Source of the DNA: Longimicrobiales bacterium
Lineage (GTDB): Bacteria; Gemmatimonadota; Gemmatimonadetes; Longimicrobiales; RSA9
Reading direction: 5' to 3'
NCBI GenBank assembly: GCA_050732635.1
Contig: JBOHRE010000005.1
Location: forward strand, 2,897-66,896
DNA: 64,000 nt
Shown here piece by piece: positions 24,347-36,143 of this stretch. A program made the position numbers and the translations under genes. The notes under the pieces are model-generated. The model did no database searches. It was given only the letters and a program-made list of their open reading frames with translations, and had not been told where the DNA came from. Every line of letters starts with the position of its first letter. The stretch's first letter is position 1.

Positions 24347-26221
24347 ATGGCGGACAGCCAGAACAAGCCGATGGACGCCGGCGGCACCACCACCGCCCCC
24401 GAGTTGACGCGCGAGGACCTGATCCGCCAGGCGCGCGAGATCGGCGTTCGACCCGACCTCTACGACGAGGAGTATTCGCCGGACGAGTACGAGGCAATGC
24501 TCCAGATGTACGAGGACACGCTGCACAGCGTGGAAGAGGGCCAGATCGTCAAGGCGCGCGTGCTGCGCCTGACGGAGAACGCCGTCATCCTGGACGTCGG
24601 CTTCAAGAGCGAAGGCGCAGTCACCCGCGACGAGTTCAAGAATCCGGAGGAGCTTTCGCCGGGCGACGAGGTCGAGGTCTTCCTCGAGGCGCTCGAGGAC
24701 GACGAGGGCCGCGTCATCCTGTCGAAGAAGAAGGCGGATTTCCTCCGCGTGTGGGAGAAGATCAAGACTGCGCACGAGGATGACGAGACGGTGCCGGGCA
24801 CGCTGGTCCGCAAGATCAAGGGTGGCGTGACGGTGGACCTGATGGGCGTGGACGCATTCCTACCGGGCTCGCAGATCGCGCTGCGGCGCGTGCCGAACAT
24901 CGAGGACCTGATCGGGCAGACCTACGAGTTCAAGATCATCAAGCTGAACAAGCGACGCCGGAACATTGTGGTGAGCCGGCGCGTGATCCTCGAGGGCGAG
25001 CGTGAGAAGAAGCGCGAGCTGCTGGTCAAGGAGCTGCTGGTCGGCCAGGTACGGCGCGGCGTGGTGAAGAACGTGACGGATTTCGGCGCGTTCATCGACC
25101 TCGGCGGCATGGACGGTCTGCTGCACATTACCGACATGAGCTGGGGCCGCGTGGGGCATCCGAGCGAAGTGGTGAACATCGGCGATGAGCTGGATGTCAA
25201 AGTGCTCGACATCGACTGGGACCGGGAACGGATCTCACTCGGCCTCAAGCAGCTGCTGCCGTACCCATGGAAGGATATCGAGCGGAAGTACCCGGTCGGT
25301 TCGCGCGTGCGTGGCCGGATCGTGTCGATCACGAACTACGGTGCGTTTGTCGAGCTGGAGAAGGGCGTCGAGGGTCTCGTGCACGTCAGCGAGATGTCCT
25401 GGACGAGAAATGTGCGGCATCCATCGCAGATGCTGTCGATCGGTGATGAGATCGAGGCCGTTGTGCTGAGTGTCGATCGCGACGATGAGAAGATCTCGCT
25501 CGGCATGAAGCAGACGGAGCAGGATCCGTGGCTGGCGTTGCCGGTCAAGTACCCGACGGGCACGCGGGTCAGCGGCAAGGTTCGCAACCTGACGTCGTTC
25601 GGCGCGTTCGTCGAGATCGAGGCCGGAATCGATGGGCTGATCCACATCTCCGATATGAGCTGGACGCGCCGCGTGCAGCACCCCTCCGAGGTTCTGCACA
25701 AGGCTCAGGACGTCGAGGTCGTCGTGCTGGGCGTGGACGCGGAAAACAAGCGGATCTCGCTCGGCTTGAAGCAGACGCAGGAGGATCCGTGGTTCCGCTT
25801 GGTGAAGGAGTACGCGCCGGGTGTCGAGACTGGCGGCAAGGTCGTCCGCGCGCTGGAGGACGGTGCGGTCGTGGATCTCGGCGACGACGTCGAGGGCTTC
25901 GTGCCGGCCAGTCAGCTGCCGCTGCCGCTCGATAGGCTGGTGGAAGGACAGAAGCTCGAGATGCGCGTGCTGGAATCCGACGCCGTCAATCGGCGCATCG
26001 TGCTGACGGTGACGGAGGTGCCGGAAGGTGCGCTGCTGGAGGCGCCGCCGGCGCCGCCGGCGGAGGTCGAGCCGGTCGACGACGCGGCGGCGACCGAGCC
26101 GGCCGAGCTGACGACGCCGGTGGCAGAGACCTCCGAAGGCGTCGGCGCGGCCGAGGCGGAGGACGCCAGCCCCACCGAGACAGAAGGCGAGGAGGAGGAG
26201 GAGGAGGAGCCGACGGCCTAG
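24347..26221 (+). CDS. rpsA: 30S ribosomal protein S1
   Basis: 624 aa with six S1 repeats (recurrent G.V..V..FGAF..L..G..GL.H.S...W blocks) and an acidic C-terminal tail. Confidence 0.95.
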   Translation: MADSQNKPMDAGGTTTAPELTREDLIRQAREIGVRPDLYDEEYSPDEYEAMLQMYEDTLHSVEEGQIVKARVLRLTENAVILDVGFKSEGAVTRDEFKNPEELSPGDEVEVFLEALEDDEGRVILSKKKADFLRVWEKIKTAHEDDETVPGTLVRKIKGGVTVDLMGVDAFLPGSQIALRRVPNIEDLIGQTYEFKIIKLNKRRRNIVVSRRVILEGEREKKRELLVKELLVGQVRRGVVKNVTDFGAFIDLGGMDGLLHITDMSWGRVGHPSEVVNIGDELDVKVLDIDWDRERISLGLKQLLPYPWKDIERKYPVGSRVRGRIVSITNYGAFVELEKGVEGLVHVSEMSWTRNVRHPSQMLSIGDEIEAVVLSVDRDDEKISLGMKQTEQDPWLALPVKYPTGTRVSGKVRNLTSFGAFVEIEAGIDGLIHISDMSWTRRVQHPSEVLHKAQDVEVVVLGVDAENKRISLGLKQTQEDPWFRLVKEYAPGVETGGKVVRALEDGAVVDLGDDVEGFVPASQLPLPLDRLVEGQKLEMRVLESDAVNRRIVLTVTEVPEGALLEAPPAPPAEVEPVDDAAATEPAELTTPVAETSEGVGAAEAEDASPTETEGEEEEEEEPTA

Positions 26222-26253
26222 CGGAATAGCCAGAGACCTTGGGAGACACAGGT

Positions 26254-26290
26254 GGGCGGGCCCGCGCGAGACGTGGGCCCGTCCCTTTTG
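26254..26290 (+). terminator. Intrinsic terminator after rpsA
   Basis: GGGCGGGCCC...GGGCCCGTCCC hairpin (one bulge) followed by TTTTgTT. Confidence 0.6.
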
Positions 26291-26312
26291 TTGGTGTGCC
26301 GGGCGGGGTATC

Positions 26313-27544
26313 TTGCCGCCGACTCGAACCCGGACGATCACGGAATTGACGCCCTTGCACAGAGTTGCGATGGCCGCGCTGGTTGCGGTCAGCCTGTCGG
26401 GCGCGTGCGCACCGGCGGGCACGACGCCGGAACCGGCGCGGCCGGAGCCGATTGAGGAAGAGCGTGAGCCGCGGCCCGAGGTCGCGGCCGAGCCACCGAT
26501 CATCGGGGTGCTCGTGCCGCTCACCGGGCCGGCCTACCTGCAACGCTATGGTGAGCTGATCCGTGAGGGTGCTGAAATCGCGGCCGCCCAGGCGAGCGAC
26601 GCGCCCGCAGCTCGCCTGGTCGTGCTCGACGACGAAGGCGACCCGCAGCGTGGCGCGCTGCTGGTCCGCGAGCTCGAGGCCGCCGGCGTGGTTGGCATCG
26701 TCGGTCCACTGTTGGCGGAGGCGGCGCGCGCCGTCGCAAATGCACGCGCGGATCCGGCCTTCGTTCTGGTCAGCCCGACCGCGTCGGAGCCGCTCGACGC
26801 GCCGAATGTGTACTCGCTGAATCAACCCGATCCATCCATTGCCGGGCTGCTGGCGCGCTTCGCCCTAGCCGAAGGTCTGCGGCGCGTGGCGCTGCTCTAT
26901 CCCCGGCTGGGTGAGCACGAGTATCAGGCGCGAGCATTCGCGGAAACGTTCCGGGCGGGTGGTGGCGAGGTCGTGGCCGACGAAGGCTACCTCACGGGCA
27001 CCACGACCTTCGCCGAGCAGATGGAGACGATCGCCGCCGACAGCCCCGACGCGCTCCTGGTTGCCGCGCCCGAGCGTGACCTGCGCCAGATTGCGCCGCA
27101 GATCGCCTACTACGGTGTCGACCCGGCACAGGTACGGATCCTGGGTAGCGAGGAGTGGACGAGCGATGTGCTACGGAGTGCACTGCCCAACGCCAGGATC
27201 CCCGAGGTGATCGCGGTCGCCACGGCGCTGCGTCGGCCCGAAGATCCGGCCTGGCGCGCGTTCGTCGATGCCTACGAGACGCAGTTCCGCCGACGGCTCG
27301 ACAACCCGTATCCGGCGCTCGGCTACGACGCCGTGCGGTTGCTGCTCGCCGCTGCGGACGGCGCCGATCGGGACGCGGACGACGTCGCGCGCCGGTTCGC
27401 CTCGCTCGCCGGGGTTACCGGTGCGACGGGGGTCTTCAGTGTCGAGCAGGGCGTGCTGCGACGTCGCCCCCTGCTGGTACGCGTGCGTACGGACGGCCTC
27501 ATTCCGCTCGACGGGTCAGCTGGCGGTGCCGGGGTCCGGCAGCG

Positions 27545-27548
<4 letters not shown>
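26313..27548 (+). CDS. Periplasmic-binding-protein type I family lipoprotein (LivK/LpoA-like)
   Basis: Lipobox LSGAC. Typical Leu/Ile/Val-binding-protein-like fold signature ([10 protein letters not shown]...YG..., [10 protein letters not shown]). The start is uncertain: TTG 26313 (ORF track), TTG 26346 or ATG 26370. Confidence 0.7.
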
Positions 27549-29095
<1,547 letters not shown>

Positions 29096-29096
29096 A

Positions 29097-29122
29097 GGCT
29101 GGGGCTGGGGCTGGGGATCGGG
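29097..29122 (+). repeat. GGCTGG x3 hexamer repeat forming a G-quadruplex-type motif (GGGGctGGGGctGGGGatcGGG)
   Basis: Read directly in the 37-nt pccB-accC spacer on the sense strand. It overlaps the purine-rich RBS region of the next gene. Confidence 0.8.
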
Positions 29123-29132
29123 AAGGCCATTC

Positions 29133-30620
29133 GTGTTGACCAAGGTTTTGGTCGCGAACCGGGGCGAGATCGCGCTGCGGGTGATCCGGGCGTGCCGCGA
29201 GCTCGGCATCGGGACCGTCGCCGTGTTCTCGGAAGTGGATCGGCTGTCGCCGCACGTGCAGGAGGCGGACGAGGCCTACTTGCTCGGTCCGGCCCCCTCC
29301 GCGAAAAGCTACCTGCGCGCCGATCGGTTGATCGAGACGGCGCGAGCCGCCGGCTGTGACGCGGTGCATCCGGGCTACGGCTTCCTGGCGGAGCGCGCGA
29401 GCTTCGCGAAGGCAGTCGCCGATGCTGGCCTCGCGTTCATCGGCCCGCCGGCGGCTGCGATCGCGGCGATGGGTGACAAGACGGAAGCACGGCGGCGCAT
29501 GATCGACGCGGGCGTGTCAGTTGTGCCCGGCGTGGCGGAGCCGCTGGCGGATGCCGCGCAGGCTGCCGTGACCGCTGCCGAGTTGGGGCTCCCCGTGATG
29601 CTGAAGGCAGCGGCGGGAGGTGGTGGCAAGGGCATGCGGATCGTCACCTCGCCGGAGGAGCTCGGACGTGCATTCGAAGCGGCGTCGCGCGAAGCCGTGG
29701 CCGCGTTCGGCGATGGCCGCATCTACCTGGAGAAGTACCTGGAGGGACCACGCCACATCGAGATCCAGGTGCTCGCCGACACGCACGGCACGACGCTCTA
29801 TCTGGGCGAGCGTGAGTGCTCGATCCAACGGCGCCATCAGAAGATGGTCGAGGAGGCGCCCTCGCCGGCGCTCACGCCCGCGCTGCGGGCGGCCATGGGC
29901 GAGGCCGCTGTGGCGGCGGCGCGGGCGGTCGGATACGTGAACGCCGGCACGATCGAGTTCCTGTTCCAGGACGGCGGCTTCTACTTCCTCGAAATGAATA
30001 CGCGGCTGCAAGTGGAGCATCCGGTCACCGAGCTGGTGACGGGGCTCGACCTCGTGCAGCTGCAGATACGAATCGCCGCAGGCGAGCGGCTCGCACTCCG
30101 GCAGGAGGAGGTGAAGCTGACCGGCCATGCGATCGAGTGCCGGATCACGAGTGAGGATCCCTGGAACGGCTTCCTGCCGTCGACCGGCCGGATCGAACGG
30201 CTGGAGCTGCCGGCGGGGCCGGGCGTGCGCTGGGACGGCGGCGTCGCCGAGGGTGGCGAGATCTCGCTCTACTACGATCCGCTCCTGGGGAAGCTCATCG
30301 CGCACGGCGCGACCCGCGAGCAGGCGATCGATCGAATGGCGCGAGCTCTGGCAGAGCTACGTGTGGTCGGCGTCGAGACCAGCGCACCGTTTCACCGGCG
30401 GGTGATGCAGGAACCCGACTTCCGCGCAGGCGATATCGACATCCGCTACGTCGACCGACACCGCGAGCTGCTGGATTTCGAGCCGCCGGCCGAGACGCTG
30501 GAAGCGGCGGCTGTGGCTGCGGCCTTGCTCGAGGAGGCGGAGCGTCAGCGTCGCTCGGTGCGCCGCATCCCGCCGGCGCCAGCCGGCAGCGGTTGGCGGG
30601 CGCGCGGCTGGCGCGGCTGA
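29133..30620 (+). CDS. accC: Biotin carboxylase subunit (BC domain only, plus a ~45-aa tail)
   Basis: Start trimmed to VLTKVLVANRGEIALRVIRACRELGI. ATP-grasp motifs (MLKAAAGGGGKGMRIV, EMNTRLQVEHPVTE). 495 aa. No biotinyl AMKM motif in this ORF. Confidence 0.9.
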   Translation: MLTKVLVANRGEIALRVIRACRELGIGTVAVFSEVDRLSPHVQEADEAYLLGPAPSAKSYLRADRLIETARAAGCDAVHPGYGFLAERASFAKAVADAGLAFIGPPAAAIAAMGDKTEARRRMIDAGVSVVPGVAEPLADAAQAAVTAAELGLPVMLKAAAGGGGKGMRIVTSPEELGRAFEAASREAVAAFGDGRIYLEKYLEGPRHIEIQVLADTHGTTLYLGERECSIQRRHQKMVEEAPSPALTPALRAAMGEAAVAAARAVGYVNAGTIEFLFQDGGFYFLEMNTRLQVEHPVTELVTGLDLVQLQIRIAAGERLALRQEEVKLTGHAIECRITSEDPWNGFLPSTGRIERLELPAGPGVRWDGGVAEGGEISLYYDPLLGKLIAHGATREQAIDRMARALAELRVVGVETSAPFHRRVMQEPDFRAGDIDIRYVDRHRELLDFEPPAETLEAAAVAAALLEEAERQRRSVRRIPPAPAGSGWRARGWRG

Positions 30621-30627
30621 GTCGCAC

Positions 30628-31911
30628 ATGAACGTGCTAGATCGGCTGGAGCGAGTCGAGATCACAGGCATCGGCTCGGGTGGCGCCGGCGTCGGCCGGC
30701 TGCCCGATGGGCGTGCTGTATTCGTCCATCGTACAGCGCCCGACGATGTGGCACGGGTTCGTGTCACGCTGTCGAAGCCCCGCTGGGCCCGTGCCGAGCT
30801 GGTGCAGCTCGAGCATGCCTCGCCGCAACGCCGGCCCGCGCCGTGCCCCTTCTATGACCGGTGCGGCGGCTGCACGCTCGAGCACCTGACCTATCAGGCG
30901 CAGCTCGCCGTCAAGTCAGCGATCGTGGCCGAGGCGTTGGCCCGCATCGGCGGCCTGGCAGTGACCGCTCCGCAGGTCGCGCCATCGCCATGCGAGTTCC
31001 GCTATCGGAACCGGGTCTCGTTCACACTGCTGCGCTTCGGACGCCGCGTGATCGCCGGCTTCCACGAGATCCACCGCCCGGCTCGCGTGATCGACATCGA
31101 TGGGCGATGCCGGCTGCCCGAGCCGGCACTCGCGCAGGCCTGGGACGCGTTGCGCTCCGGCTGGGGCGACGCGGCGGCGCGTCTGCCCGCCGGCGAACGG
31201 CTCCGGTTGACACTGCGCGCCACCCTAGGAGGCGACGCCAGTCTGCTCATCGACGGCGGCGACAACGACGGTGCACCCGACGAACTGCTCGAGAACGTTC
31301 CGCAGCTCCGCGCGATTTGGGGCCGACCGCACGCCGGCGCTCGAACGCGGCTGTTGGCCGGTGACACGGAGCTCGACGAGGACTGGGACGGAGAGACGAT
31401 TCGCCTCGGCGCCGCAGCGTTCACGCAGGTGAACCGCGCCGCTGCGGAGCGGCTCGAGCGTTTCGTGATCGAGCGCGCTTTGGCGGAGCAAACCTCGCAG
31501 GTCGTCGACGCCTATTGCGGGATCGGCCTGCACGCGAGGCGACTGGCTGCACGTGGGGTGCGGGTCACTGGCATCGAGGTCGACCCCGAGGCGCTCTCCG
31601 AGGCCCGACGCGGCGCTCCTTCAGCGACGTTCCTCGAAGGCCGCGTCGAGGATCTCCTGCCTCGAACGCTGCCCGCCGATCTGGTCATCCTCAATCCTCC
31701 ACGCGCTGGCCTGCATGCCCGCGTACCGGGGTTCCTGATCGAGCGCCCGCCGCGGCGGCTGCTCTATGTGAGCTGCGATCCGGCGACCCTCGCCCGCGAC
31801 GTGCAGCGGCTGGCTCCGACCTTCGCGGTGCGCGCTGTCGCGTGCTTCGACCTGTTTCCGCAGACGGCCCACGTGGAGAGCGTGGCGGAGCTGGTATGCG
31901 CTACTTCGTGA
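30628..31911 (+). CDS. 23S rRNA (uracil-C5)-methyltransferase, RumA/RlmD family
   Basis: 427 aa. TRAM-like N-terminus, Fe-S cysteines CPFYDRCGGCTLEH, SAM motif VVDAYCGIGLHARRLA, and catalytic PPRAG / YVSCDPATLARD. Confidence 0.85.
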   Translation: MNVLDRLERVEITGIGSGGAGVGRLPDGRAVFVHRTAPDDVARVRVTLSKPRWARAELVQLEHASPQRRPAPCPFYDRCGGCTLEHLTYQAQLAVKSAIVAEALARIGGLAVTAPQVAPSPCEFRYRNRVSFTLLRFGRRVIAGFHEIHRPARVIDIDGRCRLPEPALAQAWDALRSGWGDAAARLPAGERLRLTLRATLGGDASLLIDGGDNDGAPDELLENVPQLRAIWGRPHAGARTRLLAGDTELDEDWDGETIRLGAAAFTQVNRAAAERLERFVIERALAEQTSQVVDAYCGIGLHARRLAARGVRVTGIEVDPEALSEARRGAPSATFLEGRVEDLLPRTLPADLVILNPPRAGLHARVPGFLIERPPRRLLYVSCDPATLARDVQRLAPTFAVRAVACFDLFPQTAHVESVAELVCATS

Positions 31912-32408
31912 CGATCCGGGGCCGGACCTTCGAGGTCGACCTCTCGGGATCACGGCCCCGCATCGACGGCCGCGAGGTGTCAGCGGATCTGGCCGGCACG
32001 CTCGACTCGCCGGCCCGCCACCTGCTCATCGATGGACGATCGTACCCCCTGGTCGCCGGCCGCGGCACCGCGCGCGGCGTCTGGGAGCTGCACATCGACG
32101 GCGCGCGACTGCAGGCCGAAGCGATCGACGAACGCACTCGCGCGATCCGCGAGATGACCGCCGCTGCCGGTGCGCCGCCCGGGCCACGCCCGGTCGCCGC
32201 GCCCATGCCCGGGCTCGTGGTCCGCATCGAGGTCGAGCCTGGCCAGACCGTTGCGGCAGGCCAGGGCGTGGCCATCGTCGAGGCGATGAAGATGGAGAAC
32301 GAGCTGAAGGCCGAGGCGGCCGGACGCGTCGCGCGCGTGCTCGTGCAGGCCGGTCAGACGGTTGAGAAGGGCGCCGTCCTCATCGAGTTCGACGCGATTT
32401 CGGCCTGA
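31896..32408 (+). CDS. Biotin carboxyl carrier protein with a ~100-aa N-terminal extension
   Basis: Start trimmed to [15 protein letters not shown]-terminal biotinyl domain with EAMKMENEL. 170 aa. Overlaps the methyltransferase gene by 16 nt. Confidence 0.8.
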   Translation: MRYFVTIRGRTFEVDLSGSRPRIDGREVSADLAGTLDSPARHLLIDGRSYPLVAGRGTARGVWELHIDGARLQAEAIDERTRAIREMTAAAGAPPGPRPVAAPMPGLVVRIEVEPGQTVAAGQGVAIVEAMKMENELKAEAAGRVARVLVQAGQTVEKGAVLIEFDAISA

Positions 32409-32451
32409 GCACCGCGCCTCGAAACCGCTTCAGGTGCCACGAGCTAAGTCC

Positions 32452-34089
32452 ATGTCTGTAAACGAAAACGCGCGCCTCAGCCGCGCCACGGCCGAACCCG
32501 ATGCGCCCGCCTCGCCGCAGCGCCGGGAGCAGTTCACGAGCAGTGATGGCAGCGTGATCGAGCCACTGTACACGCCGGCCGAGATCGATGCGCGGTACCG
32601 GGAGGCGAGCGGCCTTCCCGGCGAGTACCCGTTCACCCGCGGCATCTATGCGACCATGTACCGCGGGCGGCTGTGGACCATGCGGCAGTACGCCGGCTTC
32701 GGCACCGCCGAGGAGACGAACCAGAGGTACCGCTACCTGCTCGAGCACGGGCAGACCGGGTTGTCGGTGGCGTTCGATCTGCCGACACAGATGGGCTACG
32801 ACTCCGACCATCCAATGGCGCGGGGCGAGGTCGGACGCGTGGGGGTGGCCATCGACACGATCGAGGACATGCGCGCGCTCTTCGACTCGATTCCGCCGGA
32901 CCAGGTCTCGGTGTCCATGACGATCAACGCGACCGCGGCCATTCTGCTGGCGCTGTACGTCGCCGTGGCCGACGAGCGCGGGGTGGCGCGTGGCTCGCTG
33001 TCGGGCACCGTGCAGAACGACATCCTGAAGGAGTACATCGCGCGGGGTACCTACATCTATCCGGTCGAACCCAGCCTGCGGCTGGTCACCGACATCTTCG
33101 GGTTCTGCGCGCGCGAGGTGCCACGGTGGAACACGATCTCGATCAGCGGCTACCACATCCGGGAGGCGGGCGCGACCGCCGTGCAGGAGTTGGCGTTCAC
33201 CCTGGCCAACGCGCTCGAGTACGTGGAGCGGGCGCTCGGCGCCGGTCTCGAGCTGGAGGACTTCGCGCGCCGGCTCTCGTTCTTCTTCGCGGCGCACAAC
33301 GATCTGTTCGAGGAGGCCGCGAAGTTCCGCGCCGCGCGCCGGCTGTGGGCGCGCCTCGTGCGCGAACGCTACGGCGGGTCGGACGAGGCGTGCCGGTTGC
33401 GCTTCCACACGCAGACCGGTGGCGTCACGCTAACCGCGCAGCAGCCACTGAACAACGTCGTGCGCGTCACCGTGCAGGCGCTTTCGGCCGTGCTGGGCGG
33501 CACGCAGTCGCTGCACACGAACGCCTACGACGAGGCGCTGGCCCTGCCGACCGCCGAGTCGGCCAAGTTGGCGCTGCGCACGCAGCAGATCCTGGCCCAT
33601 GAATCCGGCGTGGCCGAGACGACCGATCCGCTGGGCGGGAGCTATTACGTGGAAGCACTGACGGACCGGATCGAGGCCGGCGCGCGGGTCTACCTCGACC
33701 AGGTGGCTGATCTGGGCGGCGCCGCCCGCTCGGTCGAGCTGTTCAAGGAGGAGATCCACCGATCGGCTTACGCGCACCAGCGCGCGGTCGAAGCTCAGGA
33801 ACGGATCATCGTGGGCGTCAATCGCTTTATCGAGGCCGGCGAGCCGCTACGCATCGAGCAGCCGGACTACTCCACGTTCGAGGCGCGTCAAGCGCAGAAG
33901 CTCGCCGACGTCCGTACGCGTCGGGACGCGAACGAGGTGCGTGAGTCCCTCGATTCGGTTAGAATTGCTGCGCGCGGCGGCGACAACCTGTTGCCGCCGC
34001 TCATCGCGGCGGTCAAAGTGTATGCCACGCTCGGCGAGATCAGCGATGTTCTGCGCCAGGAATGGGGTACCTATCGGCCGGCTACATAG
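32452..34089 (+). CDS. Methylmalonyl-CoA mutase, catalytic (N-terminal) subunit without a B12-binding domain
   Basis: Start trimmed to [58 protein letters not shown] is the MCM substrate-barrel signature. 545 aa. Confidence 0.9.
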   Translation: MSVNENARLSRATAEPDAPASPQRREQFTSSDGSVIEPLYTPAEIDARYREASGLPGEYPFTRGIYATMYRGRLWTMRQYAGFGTAEETNQRYRYLLEHGQTGLSVAFDLPTQMGYDSDHPMARGEVGRVGVAIDTIEDMRALFDSIPPDQVSVSMTINATAAILLALYVAVADERGVARGSLSGTVQNDILKEYIARGTYIYPVEPSLRLVTDIFGFCAREVPRWNTISISGYHIREAGATAVQELAFTLANALEYVERALGAGLELEDFARRLSFFFAAHNDLFEEAAKFRAARRLWARLVRERYGGSDEACRLRFHTQTGGVTLTAQQPLNNVVRVTVQALSAVLGGTQSLHTNAYDEALALPTAESAKLALRTQQILAHESGVAETTDPLGGSYYVEALTDRIEAGARVYLDQVADLGGAARSVELFKEEIHRSAYAHQRAVEAQERIIVGVNRFIEAGEPLRIEQPDYSTFEARQAQKLADVRTRRDANEVRESLDSVRIAARGGDNLLPPLIAAVKVYATLGEISDVLRQEWGTYRPAT

Positions 34090-34107
34090 CGGCCGTGGAC
34101 GGATACA

Positions 34108-34452
34108 ATGCCGACCTATGAGTACCGCTGCCCGCAGGGGCACGAGTTCGAGAAGGTTCAGCGGATGAGCGAGCCGCCGCTGGCGGCCTGCCCCGAATGC
34201 GGCGCGGCTGCGCAGCGGCTGCTTTCCTCCGGAGGTGGCCTGCTCTTCAAGGGCTCGGGCTTCTACATCACGGATAACCGCAGCGAGGGCTATAAGAAGG
34301 CGGCCGAAAAGGAAAAGCCAGCGGGCTCGGACAAGTCCGCGGACAGCGGTGCCAAGTCCAAGGGTGGCCCCGATACGGGTGCGGGCTCGTCGGACGCGAC
34401 GAAGCCGGCAGGCGGCGCCGACAAGAGCGGCGGTAAGAAACCGGACGCGTGA
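34108..34452 (+). CDS. FmdB-family zinc-ribbon protein with a low-complexity Lys/Ala/Gly/Ser tail
   Basis: MPTYEYRCPQGHEFE...CPECGAAA (CxxC...CxxC ribbon) and GSGFYITD motif. Confidence 0.8.
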   Translation: MPTYEYRCPQGHEFEKVQRMSEPPLAACPECGAAAQRLLSSGGGLLFKGSGFYITDNRSEGYKKAAEKEKPAGSDKSADSGAKSKGGPDTGAGSSDATKPAGGADKSGGKKPDA

Positions 34453-36143
34453 TGGCGATCGAGCTCCTCCGCGAGCAGCTCGAGGGAATCGCGCGGGAGC
34501 TGGCGGGACCGGAGGCGGCAGAGCTGGCTCAGCTCGAGCGCCCGCGCAACCCCGAGCACGGCGACGTCGCCACCAACCTCGCCCTCGCCCTCGCATCTCG
34601 GACCAAACGCCCTCCCCGGCAGCTGGCGCAGGAGATCATCAGTCGCCTCGATCTGGACACGCTCGGCGTAGCCGCGGCCGAGATCGCCGGTCCCGGGTTC
34701 ATCAACTTCCGCCTCGCGCAGGAATCCGTGATCGAGCGGCTACGCGAGATCGCGTTGCGCGACGATGAGTTCGGCAGGAGCCGCACGGGCGCCGGCGAAG
34801 CGATCATCGTCGAATGGGTGTCGGCGAATCCGACCGGCCCGCTCCATTTCGGTCACGGGCGCCAGGCGGCACTGGGCGACGCCATTTCGAACCTGCTCGA
34901 AGCGACCGGCTGGAACGTCCACCGCGAGTTCTACTACAACGACTCGGGTACGCAGATGGAGCTGCTCGCGCGCAGCGTGTGGGCGCGTTACCAGCAGCTG
35001 CTGGGCTCGCCGGCGGAGATCCCGGAGGGCGGCTATCACGGCGAATACGTGCTCGATGTCGCACGCCAGTTCCTGGCCGAGAGCGGCGATCGCTTCCGCG
35101 GCGATGCTTCGGCCGAGGCGTTGGACACCATGCGCCGCTTCGCGGTGCGCGTGCTGCGCGCCGAGCAGGACCGCGATCTTGCCGACTTCCGCGTACGCTT
35201 CGATCAGTATTTTCTGGAGTCAGCGCTCTACGACGAGGGGCACGTCGAGGCGACCATCCGGGCGCTCGAGCAGACCGGGCTGGTCTATGAGCACGAGGGC
35301 GCTCTGTGGCTGCGCACGACCGAGTTCGGCGATCAGAAGGACCGCGTCATGGTCCGGCGCAATGGGGCGCCGACCTATTTCCTGCCCGATGTCGCGTACC
35401 ACGTCACCAAGTGGCATCGGGCGTTCCACCATGCCATCAACGTGCAGGGCGCCGATCACCACGGCACGGTGCCTCGCGTGCGTGCAGGTTTGCAGGCGCT
35501 CGGCCTGCCGGCTGCGTACCCCGAATACGTGCTGCATCAGATGGTGCGCCTCGAGCGTGGCGGCGAGGAGGTGAAGATCTCCAAGCGAGCGGGCTCGTAC
35601 ACGACGCTGCGCGAGCTGTACGAGATGGTCGGCGTCGATGTCGCGCGCTACTTCTTCCTGATGCGGCGACCCGAGGCGCACCTCATCTTCGACATCGATA
35701 TGGCGCTCGACCAATCGGAGAAGAATCCAGTGTACAAGATCCAGTACGCGCATGCGCGCATGTGCTCGATCTTCACCAAGGCGGGCGTGTCGAGGACCGA
35801 GATCAACGGCGAATCCGCCGATCTGGCGGCACTCGGCGATCCGGGCGAGCACGTGTTGATCAAGCAGCTCGCGGAGTACGCGAACGTCGTCGAGGCGGCC
35901 GCACGGCTGCGCGCGCCGCACCTGCTGTGCGATTACCTGGAGCAGACCGCGGCGGCCGTGAACTCGTGGTATCATGCCGGCAATCCGAGCCGAAACCCGG
36001 AGCTGTCGGTGCTGGTGGATAACGCGCGGCTACGCGAGGCACGTCTCGTCCTGGCGCTCGGAATCCAGATCGTGCTGCGCAATGGCCTCGGGCTACTGGG
36101 GCTCAGCGCGCCCGAACGGATGGAGAGGGAGGACTCTGAATGA
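34449..36143 (+). CDS. argS: Arginine--tRNA ligase
   Basis: 564 aa. HIGH-type ANPTGPLHFGHGR, the KISKR region, and a C-terminal anticodon-binding domain. Start is GTG 34449 or ATG 34452. Confidence 0.95.
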   Translation: MMAIELLREQLEGIARELAGPEAAELAQLERPRNPEHGDVATNLALALASRTKRPPRQLAQEIISRLDLDTLGVAAAEIAGPGFINFRLAQESVIERLREIALRDDEFGRSRTGAGEAIIVEWVSANPTGPLHFGHGRQAALGDAISNLLEATGWNVHREFYYNDSGTQMELLARSVWARYQQLLGSPAEIPEGGYHGEYVLDVARQFLAESGDRFRGDASAEALDTMRRFAVRVLRAEQDRDLADFRVRFDQYFLESALYDEGHVEATIRALEQTGLVYEHEGALWLRTTEFGDQKDRVMVRRNGAPTYFLPDVAYHVTKWHRAFHHAINVQGADHHGTVPRVRAGLQALGLPAAYPEYVLHQMVRLERGGEEVKISKRAGSYTTLRELYEMVGVDVARYFFLMRRPEAHLIFDIDMALDQSEKNPVYKIQYAHARMCSIFTKAGVSRTEINGESADLAALGDPGEHVLIKQLAEYANVVEAAARLRAPHLLCDYLEQTAAAVNSWYHAGNPSRNPELSVLVDNARLREARLVLALGIQIVLRNGLGLLGLSAPERMEREDSE

